A stretch of 64,000 nt of DNA. It comes from Dehalococcoidia bacterium. GTDB lineage: Bacteria > Chloroflexota > Dehalococcoidia > DSTF01 > RBG-16-68-14. The notes under the pieces are model-generated. The model did not search any database and had not been told where the DNA came from. It was given only the letters and a program-made list of their open reading frames with translations. Position numbers and translations under genes: made by a program. Below, in pieces: positions 38,976 through 48,082 of this stretch; the first letter of the stretch is position 1; every line of letters begins with the position of its first letter. Location of the stretch: positions 100,441 to 164,440 of the forward strand of contig JBBDXS010000002.1 of the NCBI GenBank assembly GCA_040902195.1, given 5' to 3'.

Positions 38976-39140
38976 ATGCTAGTCCTTACCCGCAAGGCCC
39001 GTCAGGGCGTTTGGATCGGCGACAACGTGCACATCACCGTGCTAGAGATCGCGCATGGACGGGTAAAACTCGGTATCGAAGCCCCGACGGACGTGGAAAT
39101 CGACCGGGACGAGATTCGCGCGGTCCACCAGGAAGCCTAG
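38976..39140 (+). CDS. csrA: Carbon storage regulator CsrA/RsmA-family RNA-binding protein (54 aa)
   Basis: MLVLTRK...IGDNVHITVL...VKLGIEAP.DVEI.R.EI with Arg44 kept; SD GAGGAG. Confidence 0.88.
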   Translation: MLVLTRKARQGVWIGDNVHITVLEIAHGRVKLGIEAPTDVEIDRDEIRAVHQEA

Positions 39141-39164
39141 CGCCCCCTCACGTCCCCCAGGCCA

Positions 39165-40274
39165 CTACGGCGTCAGCCGGTAAAAGCGCAGAAACGGGTG
39201 ATCGATGCTCTCGATCACCTGCACGTCCTTGAAGCCGGCCTCTGCCGCAAAGCGGCGCATCGTGCCGGCGCGCATGACGGTGCCCGTCGCGGCCGACGGC
39301 TGTTCGGCCATGCCGGCGGGCAGGCAGATAAAGATGCTGGCGCCGTAGAAGAACCGCTCCGCCGGATCGCCGGGGACGGTGAACTCGTCGGCCACGCGTT
39401 CGTCGGCGATGATCGCGGTGCCGCCGGGCGCGAGCATCTTCCGGACCGCCGCGATGGCCTCGACCGGACGCGAGAGGTCATGGACCGCCTCGATCACCAC
39501 GGCCAGATCGTATGCGCCCTCGTTTGCGGGATCGCCCGCGTCGCGCACCTGGAACGAAACGCGATCGGCGAGGCCCGCGTCCTCGGCGTGCCGGTTTGCG
39601 AGCGCGATCGATGACGCATCCAGATCGAACCCGTCGACGCGCACGTTAGGATAGGCGCGCGCCACTGCGATGCCGGCCCAACCGACACCGCAGGCGACGT
39701 CGGCAACGCGCGCGGGCGGATCGGCCTGGAGCCGGGCATGGACATCGGGTACGGCTGGCAGGTACTCGGCGCCGAACTGGTGGATGAGCCACGGACGGTT
39801 GAAGTCGCCCTGCGCCTCAATGCCGTCGGCACCGTAGTCGGCCCAGGCGACGCCGCCGCCGGTGCGATACGCGTCCATCACCTTCGGCAGCACGACGCCA
39901 ATCGAAGCGAAGGCGCGCGCGAGCGGCGCGATCGAGAACGGGCTGTCCGGATCGACGAGCGCCTCGGCGTGCGCGGCGGGGAGGGCGTAGCGGCGTTCGT
40001 CCTCCGGCTTCGCCGGATCGTCCACTTCGACCACCTCGGTCACCGCCTGCTGCTCCAGCCACTCGCGGGCGTAGCGAGGATGGATGCCGGCGCGCTTCGC
40101 GAGCTCCGGCGGCGTCGCCGGGCCGTCATTCACGAGCGCCTGGTACAAGCCGAGGCGGTCGCCGAGATAGACGGCGTAGACCTCGATAATGCCGAGCGTC
40201 GCGCTGAAGAGCCGGTCGACGAACGCTTCGGTCCTGCTGGTATCGACTTCTCTACTTATGGTGTCCTCCGACAC
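39165..40274 (-). CDS. Class I SAM-dependent methyltransferase with N-terminal winged helix
   Basis: GDRLGLY, RYAREWL, VADVACGVG, EAVHDL. Confidence 0.9.
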   Translation of the reverse strand: MSEDTISREVDTSRTEAFVDRLFSATLGIIEVYAVYLGDRLGLYQALVNDGPATPPELAKRAGIHPRYAREWLEQQAVTEVVEVDDPAKPEDERRYALPAAHAEALVDPDSPFSIAPLARAFASIGVVLPKVMDAYRTGGGVAWADYGADGIEAQGDFNRPWLIHQFGAEYLPAVPDVHARLQADPPARVADVACGVGWAGIAVARAYPNVRVDGFDLDASSIALANRHAEDAGLADRVSFQVRDAGDPANEGAYDLAVVIEAVHDLSRPVEAIAAVRKMLAPGGTAIIADERVADEFTVPGDPAERFFYGASIFICLPAGMAEQPSAATGTVMRAGTMRRFAAEAGFKDVQVIESIDHPFLRFYRLTP

Positions 40275-40375
40275 ATCTGCTTGTGCGCAGCCAGTATAAG
40301 AAGGGTGGCGCTGCCTGACAACGGGCCGGTAGGCTGCGCGCTATAATTCAGCGCACCATCTGAAGGAGGCGCCCG

Positions 40376-41140
40376 ATAGACCAAGAGAAGCTGCGCCATC
40401 TGCTCGAAGGCGTCGCCGGCGGTACGACCAGCATCGAGGCCGCGGTCGAGGAGCTGCGGCTCCTGCCGTACGAGGACATCGGCTTCGCGAAAGTCGATCA
40501 CCACCGCGGGCTGCGCGACGCGCTACCTGAGGCCGTCCTGGCCGAGGGCAAGACGCCCGAGCAGACCGCACAGATCGCCGCTACGCTAGCCGGTCGCGCG
40601 GACCGGGTGCTGGTGACGCGCGCTACGCCGGCCCACTACGCGGCGGTGCGCGCCGAGATAGAGGACGCCGTCTACCACGAGACTGCGCGCGCGATCGTTG
40701 TCGACCGGCGCAACGAGCCGGGGCAGGACGGGGTGAGCATCCTCTGCGCCGGAACGGCCGACCTGCCCGTCGCGGAGGAGGCCGCCGTTACCGCCGAGCT
40801 GATGGGCAGCAATGTCCAGCGCGTCTACGACGTCGGCGTGGCGGGTATCCACCGGCTGCTCGACCACCTGCCCGCGCTGCGCGACGCGCGCGCGATCGTC
40901 GTCGTTGCGGGGATGGAGGGCGCGCTGCCGAGCGTTGTTGGCGGGCTCGTGTCGGTGCCCGTGATCGCGGTCCCAACGTCGGTCGGCTACGGCGCGAGCT
41001 TTGGCGGCATCGCGCCGCTCCTCACCATGCTGAACTCCTGCGCCGCGGGCGTCGCGGTGGTGAACATCGACAACGGCTTCGGAGCGGGGTACCTCGCCGC
41101 CGTGATCAACCGTCTCGCGCTGAGTGAGCGGCCCGACTGA
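40376..41140 (+). CDS. larB: Nickel-pincer cofactor biosynthesis protein LarB (apparent ATA start)
   Basis: Manual translation from ATA 40376: DQEKLRHLL...PYEDIGFAKVDHHR.LR..LPEAV..EGKT, then AGTADLPVAEEA, AGMEGAL, PTSVGYG, VNIDNGFGA. Confidence 0.92.
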   Translation: MDQEKLRHLLEGVAGGTTSIEAAVEELRLLPYEDIGFAKVDHHRGLRDALPEAVLAEGKTPEQTAQIAATLAGRADRVLVTRATPAHYAAVRAEIEDAVYHETARAIVVDRRNEPGQDGVSILCAGTADLPVAEEAAVTAELMGSNVQRVYDVGVAGIHRLLDHLPALRDARAIVVVAGMEGALPSVVGGLVSVPVIAVPTSVGYGASFGGIAPLLTMLNSCAAGVAVVNIDNGFGAGYLAAVINRLALSERPD

Positions 41141-41144
41141 TGCC

Positions 41145-41681
41145 ATGCGTCCCCAGACGATGGCACTCGTCGTCGCCGTGCCGGGCACGGTGGGCCGGCT
41201 TCTAGGCCGCCTCCAGGGCGGGCTCGACCCCGGCGTTGGGCTCGCTCTACCGCCTCATATCCCGCTCATCGAGCCGTTCGTCGCAGAGCCGCCGTTTCTG
41301 CCGCTCGAGCAGTTCTGCTGGCGAACCGGGCACGAGCAGCCCTCGTTCTGGATCGAGCTCGGCGAGTTGGTGCTCGACGAGGACGCCCAACTCGCGCGGC
41401 TGGCCGTCGTTTCGGGCAGCGAGCATCTCGTCGCCCTACGCGACGCGCTGCTCGAGAGGAGATTCACGGGCGAGCAGCCGGAAACGTTCGAGCCGGCCGC
41501 GATCGCATCGCGCATTGTGTTTCGAGATGAGCTGGCGATCGCAGCGTACCGCGAGCGGAGCGACGGGCCCGGCGACACGAGATGCTTCGTCGAGCGCTTC
41601 CAGCTCATGTCGCGATACCCCGACGGCTCCTGGTACGAACGAGACTTCTACACGCTCGACCGGGCGGTGGCTCCGGCATGA
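41145..41681 (+). CDS. 2H-phosphoesterase (2'-5' RNA ligase)-like protein with degenerate motifs
   Basis: LPPHIPLIEPF and TFEPAAIASR at the two HxT positions. Confidence 0.55.
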   Translation: MRPQTMALVVAVPGTVGRLLGRLQGGLDPGVGLALPPHIPLIEPFVAEPPFLPLEQFCWRTGHEQPSFWIELGELVLDEDAQLARLAVVSGSEHLVALRDALLERRFTGEQPETFEPAAIASRIVFRDELAIAAYRERSDGPGDTRCFVERFQLMSRYPDGSWYERDFYTLDRAVAPA

Positions 41682-42856
41682 CGCGCGTCGCGTACCTCGA
41701 TTGCTTCTCGGGCATCAGCGGCGACATGCTGCTCGGCGCACTCTTGGACGCCGGGCTGCCGCTCGACGCGCTGCGCGGCGAGCTGGCGAAGGTGCCCGTC
41801 GCGGGCTACCGGCTGGAGGGCGCGAAGGTGCAGCGCGCGCGCATCGCCGCGACGAAGGTCGAGGTCGCGCTCGAAGAGGCGGCGCAGCCGCACCGAAGGT
41901 TGCCCGAGATCCTTTCGCTCATCGACACGAGCGCGCTGCCAGATGAGGATAAGCGGAGCGGCGCAAGGGTCTTCCGCCTCCTCGCGGACGCCGAGGCGCA
42001 GGTGCACGGCATCGAGCCGGACGCTGTCGATTTCCACGAGGTCGGCGCCGTCGACGCGATTATCGACGTGCTCGGCACGGTCGCGGGGATCCGCCTGCTG
42101 GGCATCGAGACGCTGTACTGCTCGCCGCTGCCGGCCGGCGGTGGTTCGGTGAGGGCACAGCACGGCGTACTGCCGGTCCCCGCCCCTGCCACGCTGGCGC
42201 TGCTCACGAACGCGGGCGCTCCGATCGCGGCGGGGCCCGACCCCGACGTCGAGCTCGTTACGCCGACCGGCGCCGCGATCGTCTGCGCCCTCGCCCGCTT
42301 CGAGCGGCCCGCGATGACGATCGAGGCAGTTGGCTACGGCGCGGGTGGGCGCGACCCCGACGAGCGTCCGAACGTGCTGCGCCTGTGGCTGGGCGAGGCG
42401 CTGGGGCACACAGGAACGATGCTGCTGATCGAGACGAACATCGATGACATGTCGCCGGAGCTATTCGGCTACGCGCAGGAGCGCCTGTTCGAAGCGGGCG
42501 CGGCGGATGTCTGGCTGACGGCGGTACAGATGAAGAAGAACCGCCCCGGCGTGCTCGTCTCCGTGCTCTGCGCCCGCGACCGGGAGGACGCCGTTGTGCG
42601 GACGCTGCTGCGCGAGACATCGACGCTTGGTGTGCGCGTACGCGAGGTCGCGCGACACGAAGCGCAGCGTGAGATCGTGGAGTTCGAGTCGAGCCTGGGG
42701 CCGGCGCAGGTGAAGGTGAAGTGCCTACCGGGAGAGCCGCCAGCCGTCTCGCCGGAGTACGAGGTCTGCGCGCGGCTCGCCCGCCAGCACGACCTGCCGC
42801 TCCAAGAGGTCTACCGCATTATCGAGAACGAGGCGCTCCGCCATCTGAGCGCCTAA
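41678..42856 (+). CDS. larC: Nickel insertase LarC
   Basis: YLDCFSGISGDMLLGAL, FHEVGAVDAI, LPVPAPAT, ELVTPTGAAI, ETNIDD, MKKNRPG, PEYE. Confidence 0.95.
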   Translation: MTRVAYLDCFSGISGDMLLGALLDAGLPLDALRGELAKVPVAGYRLEGAKVQRARIAATKVEVALEEAAQPHRRLPEILSLIDTSALPDEDKRSGARVFRLLADAEAQVHGIEPDAVDFHEVGAVDAIIDVLGTVAGIRLLGIETLYCSPLPAGGGSVRAQHGVLPVPAPATLALLTNAGAPIAAGPDPDVELVTPTGAAIVCALARFERPAMTIEAVGYGAGGRDPDERPNVLRLWLGEALGHTGTMLLIETNIDDMSPELFGYAQERLFEAGAADVWLTAVQMKKNRPGVLVSVLCARDREDAVVRTLLRETSTLGVRVREVARHEAQREIVEFESSLGPAQVKVKCLPGEPPAVSPEYEVCARLARQHDLPLQEVYRIIENEALRHLSA

Positions 42857-43344
42857 CGCCGCTTACGCCTCTCCCGCTTCTTCCGGTGGCTCGTGGGCGA
42901 CGCGCGCAGCATGCCGGCGCTCAGCCCGGCATCGATGTCAACGACGTCACTCAGGCTGACGCCCGCGAGGGAATCGCGGAGCGCGTTCGTCGCGGCCTCC
43001 CAGGCCGGATGGACCGCGCACATATCGTCCCAATGGCAGGGCCCGCCGCGCAGAGTGCACTGGTCGCCCCGAAGCGGCCCCTCCGCCGCCTCGACCACCT
43101 CAAGGAGCGAAATCTGGCGCGGCGCCCGGCTTAGCCGGTAGCCGCCTTCCCGCCCGGCGCGCGCCTCCGCCAGACCGGCCTTAGAGAGCAGCCGGAGGAT
43201 CTGGGGCGTGTATTGCAGCGGCAGTTCCATTTCGCCCGCCACCTCGCGGATCTTCCGGAAGCCGCCGTTGTTCTCGAAGGCCCTCCCCAGCGAAAGCGCT
43301 GCCCGGACCGCGTAATCGCCCCGCTTGCTCAGAGTCAGGTTCAT
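42853..43344 (-). CDS. Rrf2-family Fe-S transcriptional regulator
   Basis: DYAVRA, GREGGYRL, ISLLEVVEAAEG, three Cys in CTLRGGPCHWDDMC. Confidence 0.92.
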   Translation of the reverse strand: MNLTLSKRGDYAVRAALSLGRAFENNGGFRKIREVAGEMELPLQYTPQILRLLSKAGLAEARAGREGGYRLSRAPRQISLLEVVEAAEGPLRGDQCTLRGGPCHWDDMCAVHPAWEAATNALRDSLAGVSLSDVVDIDAGLSAGMLRASPTSHRKKRERRKRR

Positions 43345-43355
43345 CAGTGGCTAGT

Positions 43356-43410
43356 ATAGCTTGACACTCTTCGTGTAGTCAACTACTATATGTGTAGTTC
43401 ATCACTATAG
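43356..43410. promoter_or_regulatory. Divergent promoter with palindromic candidate Rrf2 operator
   Basis: TTGAC-N12-GTCAA overlapped by AACTAC-N7-GTAGTT; GTGTAGT repeated; AT-rich. Confidence 0.6.
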
Positions 43411-43420
43411 GAGGCAGCTC

Positions 43421-43696
43421 ATGGTTAGAGCGCTCATCTGTAGGGGCCCCAATCTGAAAGTCCTGGATGTCTGCTGGGGACCCGCCACCGACGGTGGGTG
43501 TTCGCAGGTCGTCGCCGGCGAGCCCGTCCGCTGCGCCGGCCTTCGCCTCGTGATCGAAGGGGACGGGAAGGAACCATTCATCTTCACTGTCGAACCGGAC
43601 GCGACGGCCTGTCCCGTCGCCGCGCTCGGCCTACTGCCGGCCCTCAAGCGACCCGCAGGTGCACCTCGAAAGGAGAACGGACATGGCCACCACTGA
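43421..43696 (+). CDS. Small Cys-rich hypothetical protein
   Basis: SD AGGAGG + ATG; 5 Cys, C-terminal HGHH; overlaps the nirK start. Confidence 0.65.
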   Translation: MVRALICRGPNLKVLDVCWGPATDGGCSQVVAGEPVRCAGLRLVIEGDGKEPFIFTVEPDATACPVAALGLLPALKRPAGAPRKENGHGHH

Positions 43697-44696
43697 ACAT
43701 CTCCGGACACAAAAGCTCGACCGCCGTCGTTTCCTCACGGGCGCCGCAATCAGCGCAACGGGGCTCGGGTTAGCCGCGTGCGGCGGCGGCGGCGATGACA
43801 GCCCCGCGCAACAGCCCACTGTCGCCGTTCCGCCTCCGCCGAGCGGCACGGTCTCGACGCCGCGCGACGCCGTTTTGCCCGCAGTCTCGGACCAGCGAAC
43901 AATCGACCTCACGCTGGAGGCGGTTGATGCCGCGTACGAGGTTGCAGCCGGGGTTCCATACAAGGCCTGGACGTTCGGCGGCACCGTGCCCGCGCCGGTG
44001 ATCCACCTCCGCCAGGGCGACACGATGAACTTCAAGCTCGTCAACAACGGCACGCTCGGTCACTCGATTGACTTCCACGCAGCGGAGCTCGACTGGAAGG
44101 TGAACTACCGCACGATCGAGGCCGGCGAGTCGCTCGAGTTTTCGTGGACGGCCAACATCCCGGGCGACTTCATGTATCACTGCGGGACGCCGCCCGTGCT
44201 CCATCACATCGGCAACGGGATGTACGGCGCGATCATCGTCGAGCCGGAAGGCGGCTATCCGGAGCCGGCCGACCGAGAGTTCTGGCTGGTGCAGAGCGAG
44301 TTCTATCTGCAGCCCACGGACGACGGCAAGTGGACCGGTGATATGGCGAAGATGAAGGCCGTGCGACCCGACTTCCTCGCCTGGAATGGCACCGCGTTCC
44401 AGTACCGGGACAACCCGCTGCAGGCTAAGGTCGGCGAGCGGGTCCGGCTGCACGTCGTGAACTGCGGGCCAACGCTCTGGTCGGCGTTCCACGTCATCGG
44501 CGCCATGCTCGACGTCGCGTACGTGGGCGGCCATCCGCAGAACCCGCTTCGCGGGGTGCAAACACACACCATCGCCCCCGGAGACGGCGCGGCCTGCGAT
44601 CTGGTCATCAGGCAGCCGGGCAGCTATCCAATCGTGAGCCACAGCTTCGCGTACACGGAGCTTGGCATCATCGGACTGCTGGAGGTTACCGAGTGA
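43683..44696 (+). CDS. nirK: Copper-containing nitrite reductase, Tat lipoprotein
   Basis: DRRRFL + LAAC; HSIDFH, YHC...HIGNGM, SAFHVIG, IVSHS cover the T1/T2 ligands and catalytic Asp/His. Confidence 0.85.
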   Translation: MATTEHLRTQKLDRRRFLTGAAISATGLGLAACGGGGDDSPAQQPTVAVPPPPSGTVSTPRDAVLPAVSDQRTIDLTLEAVDAAYEVAAGVPYKAWTFGGTVPAPVIHLRQGDTMNFKLVNNGTLGHSIDFHAAELDWKVNYRTIEAGESLEFSWTANIPGDFMYHCGTPPVLHHIGNGMYGAIIVEPEGGYPEPADREFWLVQSEFYLQPTDDGKWTGDMAKMKAVRPDFLAWNGTAFQYRDNPLQAKVGERVRLHVVNCGPTLWSAFHVIGAMLDVAYVGGHPQNPLRGVQTHTIAPGDGAACDLVIRQPGSYPIVSHSFAYTELGIIGLLEVTE

Positions 44697-46144
44697 GTAT
44701 CGAACAGCCTGACGCCAAGAAGCGCTTCGGCGAGGAGACGTTCGTTGCATTGGGCGGGCTTCTTGTCGGCGCCGTAGTGGCGGCCGTGATCGCCCTGACG
44801 CTCGCGTTTGCTGGCAGTAGCGAGAGCGTGGCGAAGGGAACCGTTGAGTACAACCTCGAGATCGTTGGGACGGACATCGACTACGGCAGCGGCAACGTCT
44901 GGCACGCGTGGACGTTCAAGGAAGCCGGCCAACCGCAGGGCGCCGTGCCGGGTCCCACGCTCCACGTGACCGCTGGCCAGACGCTTCGCGTACACGTGAA
45001 GAACACGCTCGACCTCACGCATAGCTTCCATACGCACCTGACTGGCTACGACCAGGAGGACGACGGGAGCCAGACGAACATCATCTCGGGGGTAGGCAGC
45101 GGCGCGATGATCCCGCCGGGCGGCGAGTGGACGTACGAGTTTTCGGCGACCGAACCGGGGATCTACTACTACCACTGTCACTCCGCGGACGGCGGCTTCC
45201 ACATCACCGAGCACATCCACCAGGGCCTCTACGGCGCGATCGTGGTCCACGACCCGCACGAGGAGAAGCTGCGGGACGAAGTCATCTTCATGGGAGAGAT
45301 CGGCCACGACACGGAAGGCGACAACGTCCCGAACTTCATCATGAATGGCAAGGGGCTTCCGGGAGGCGAACACGCGCTGGAGCAGGCATTCGAGGAAGGC
45401 GGCTTCGATGCTGTGGCGTCGCAGCTCAACGTCACCGTGCCCGCCATCGAGGCCAGCGTAGGCGAGAAGCTGCGCGTACACGTCCTCAACCTTGGTGACC
45501 AGATCCACACGTTCCATGCGCACAACGTCTCCCACATTTCGGAGGAGGCCCTGAATGGGGAGCAATGGCCGGCGAACGTCGTGCCGCTCCTGCCGGGCGT
45601 CGCCGATACGATCACGCTCGAGTTCTCGAAACCCGGGCTGTGGCTCTTCCATTGCCACGTGGTGAACCACGCCGACGCGGGCATGATCGGCCTCTTCATC
45701 ATCACGGACCCGGACGCGCCGCCGAGTACGCCCGGCCCAACGTCGCCGCCGCGCACACCGAGTGCGCAGCAGCCGGCCGCGACGGCCGCAGGCCCGCCGG
45801 ACGGCGAGGTCCACATCTCGCTGACGGACTTCAAGGTGCAGGGCCTGGACGGCGCGGTTCCAGGGGCATCCGCCGGCGACGTCACGTTCCAGGTCCACAA
45901 CGAGGGCACCAGCCCGCATGAGCTGGTCGTGATCAAAACGGATCTGGACCCTGCGGACCTGCCGGTCAGCGATACGAAGGTAGACGAGGCTGCGGCAGGC
46001 GAGCTGATCGGGAGGACGGAACCGATCACGGGCGGGGGCAGGGACACGCTGCAACTCGAGCTCGATGCTGGCAACTACGTCCTGCTCTGCAACGTCCCGA
46101 CGCACTACGAGCTAGGCATGCACACCAAGTTTGTCGTGCAGTAG
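44693..46144 (+). CDS. Membrane-anchored two-domain multicopper oxidase fused to a C-terminal blue-copper cupredoxin
   Basis: HSFHTH/YHCH...HIHQGL; HTFHAH/FHCHVVNHADAGM; Pro-rich linker; HELVV...CNVPTHYELGM. Confidence 0.85.
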   Translation: MSIEQPDAKKRFGEETFVALGGLLVGAVVAAVIALTLAFAGSSESVAKGTVEYNLEIVGTDIDYGSGNVWHAWTFKEAGQPQGAVPGPTLHVTAGQTLRVHVKNTLDLTHSFHTHLTGYDQEDDGSQTNIISGVGSGAMIPPGGEWTYEFSATEPGIYYYHCHSADGGFHITEHIHQGLYGAIVVHDPHEEKLRDEVIFMGEIGHDTEGDNVPNFIMNGKGLPGGEHALEQAFEEGGFDAVASQLNVTVPAIEASVGEKLRVHVLNLGDQIHTFHAHNVSHISEEALNGEQWPANVVPLLPGVADTITLEFSKPGLWLFHCHVVNHADAGMIGLFIITDPDAPPSTPGPTSPPRTPSAQQPAATAAGPPDGEVHISLTDFKVQGLDGAVPGASAGDVTFQVHNEGTSPHELVVIKTDLDPADLPVSDTKVDEAAAGELIGRTEPITGGGRDTLQLELDAGNYVLLCNVPTHYELGMHTKFVVQ

Positions 46145-46167
46145 CGACGCACAAGACTCCTCACCCG

Positions 46168-46202
46168 GGAGCCGGCCCTCCGAAGATGGGCCGGCTCCTG
46201 TC
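46168..46202 (+). terminator. Putative terminator hairpin after the nirK operon
   Basis: GGAGCCGGCCC-loop-GGGCCGGCTCC; weak U tract. Confidence 0.5.
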
Positions 46203-46266
46203 GTTCCTGCTATACTCCCCTCCGTTCCACCAAGGATCCAAACGCCAAGACCGAAGGAGGCTCTCA

Positions 46267-46575
46267 GTGGTCACCGTGATCTTTCGCGCCAAGATGAAGG
46301 CCGGCAAGGAAGACGAAGCCGTCGAAGCGATGCGCAAGATGGCCGAGGCAGTGGAGAAGGAAGAGGCGAACGCGCTCGTCTACGCCGTGTGCCGGAACCA
46401 GGAAGACCCGTCGGAGCTGATCGTGCTCGAATCGTATATGGACGACGATACGTTCAAGGCGCACATGGGCACGTCGCACATGGGCGACATGCGCGCCGCA
46501 TTCGGCGAGCTGTTCGATGGCACGCAGATGAAGCTCGAGCGGCTGGACCGCGTCGCCGGATTCGCACGAGGTTAA
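46267..46575 (+). CDS. Antibiotic-biosynthesis-monooxygenase (putative quinol monooxygenase) family protein
   Basis: SD AAGGAGG + GTG; EEANALVYAV, LESY.D...FKAHMGTSH. Confidence 0.85.
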   Translation: MVTVIFRAKMKAGKEDEAVEAMRKMAEAVEKEEANALVYAVCRNQEDPSELIVLESYMDDDTFKAHMGTSHMGDMRAAFGELFDGTQMKLERLDRVAGFARG

Positions 46576-47375
46576 TCCAGCAGGACGAACTTGCGGATCG
46601 CCCAGGCGACGCCGCCGTCCGCGTTCGACGGAGCGACGGTGTCCGCCTGCGCCTTCACATCGTCCGGGGCGTTGCCCATCGCGACGCCTATCGACGCGAC
46701 GCGGAACATATCGACGTCCGGCTGTGCATCGCCGACCGCCATCGCCTCTTCCAGCGGGATGTTCAGGTGTTTGCAGACGAGGCGCAGGCCTCGGCCTTTG
46801 TCGGAGCCCGCGCCCGTGATCGTCACGTAGGTCTGCATCGAGCTGCCGGAGCCGATCGGGAAGGCCAGCTCACCCTTATACCGTTCCGCGAAGTTATCGA
46901 TGAGCCCGCGGACGGCCTCATCGCCGAAGGCAACGAATCCAGTCACGGGGCCGGTAATGTGCTCCGTGTGCGTCTTCGCGAGGCGCATGTCTTTGGGCAG
47001 GCGCTCGGGGTCGATCTGCGCCTCCAGCGGCGTGCGCATGTATGTGACGCCATCGATGGTCGTGTACGTCTCGCAGCCGAGGTTGTCGCAGAACGAGGCG
47101 ATCGCGCGCGCGGGCTCCTCGGGGACGCGCAGGTGGAGGATCTCGACCGCGCTGTCGGACTCGCGGATATGGGCGCCGCTATGGCAGATGAGGGGCGCTG
47201 TGATGCCGAGCCGGCTGGCCGTGCGGAGGGCGATGCCGTACCAGCGCGCGGTACAGAGCACGATGTGGACGCCGCGCTCAGCGGCCGCGCGCACAGCCGA
47301 GGCGTCCTCGTCGCTCACTTTGGAGCTGGGGTTGAGCAGCGTCCCGTCGAGGTCGAGCGCCACCAGCCGGATCAT
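46572..47375 (-). CDS. Cof-type HAD hydrolase
   Basis: [29 protein letters not shown]. Confidence 0.92.
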   Translation of the reverse strand: MIRLVALDLDGTLLNPSSKVSDEDASAVRAAAERGVHIVLCTARWYGIALRTASRLGITAPLICHSGAHIRESDSAVEILHLRVPEEPARAIASFCDNLGCETYTTIDGVTYMRTPLEAQIDPERLPKDMRLAKTHTEHITGPVTGFVAFGDEAVRGLIDNFAERYKGELAFPIGSGSSMQTYVTITGAGSDKGRGLRLVCKHLNIPLEEAMAVGDAQPDVDMFRVASIGVAMGNAPDDVKAQADTVAPSNADGGVAWAIRKFVLLD

Positions 47376-48082
47376 TGAAATGCCACCTTCTGCTCCTTCA
47401 TGCTCACGTATTTGCCCTGCGCGATGACGATGTGGTCCAGCACGTCCACGTCCAGCAGATCGCCCGCTTCGATCGCTTCCTTCGTCATCGCAACGTCCTC
47501 ATGCGAGGGCGTGGGGTCGCCGGACGGATGGTTGTGCACCAGGACCAGCGCCGGGGCGTTGATACGGAGCGCCTCGCGGAACAGCTCTCCGATACGGACG
47601 ACGGCACTATGCACGCTCCCGCGATACACGTCGGACGTGCCGAGCACCTGGTTGCGCGTGTTCAGCAGCACGACGCAGAGATGTTCTTGCTCCAGCGGGC
47701 CCATCGCGCCCTGCAGGAGGTTCGCGATGTCGGCAGGCGACCGGACGGTTGCGCGCTCCTCGGGCTGCGTCGCGACGAGGCGCTTGCCCAGCTCGAGGGC
47801 GGCCTGCACCTGCGCCGCCTTGGCCTCGCCGAGACCGCGCTCCGCGCACAGCTCCGGAAAGCTCGCACGCGCAAGGCCGGCGAGGCCTTCGCGTTGCGCC
47901 AGGAGTCGCGACGCCAGCGCGAGCGCGCTTTCCTTCGCCCCGCCGGTGCGTAGCAAGATCGCGAGGAGCTCCTGGTTGGAGAGCGCAGCGGCGCCGTAAT
48001 CGCGCAGACGCTCGCGCGGCCTGTCTCCGGACGGCAGATCGCGGATGCGCGCCTGGTACACGACGGAGCCGTCGTCACTCAT
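47372..48082 (-). CDS. radC: RadC/UPF0758 JAB-domain protein
   Basis: [36 protein letters not shown]. Confidence 0.95.
   Translation of the reverse strand: MSDDGSVVYQARIRDLPSGDRPRERLRDYGAAALSNQELLAILLRTGGAKESALALASRLLAQREGLAGLARASFPELCAERGLGEAKAAQVQAALELGKRLVATQPEERATVRSPADIANLLQGAMGPLEQEHLCVVLLNTRNQVLGTSDVYRGSVHSAVVRIGELFREALRINAPALVLVHNHPSGDPTPSHEDVAMTKEAIEAGDLLDVDVLDHIVIAQGKYVSMKEQKVAFQ

Noticed and set aside
41678-42856. Programmed frameshift in larC as in Lactobacillus
   Set aside because: One continuous frame covers both LarC domains.
47372-48082. radC as a mobile-element marker
   Set aside because: Full-length chromosomal form inside a housekeeping operon.
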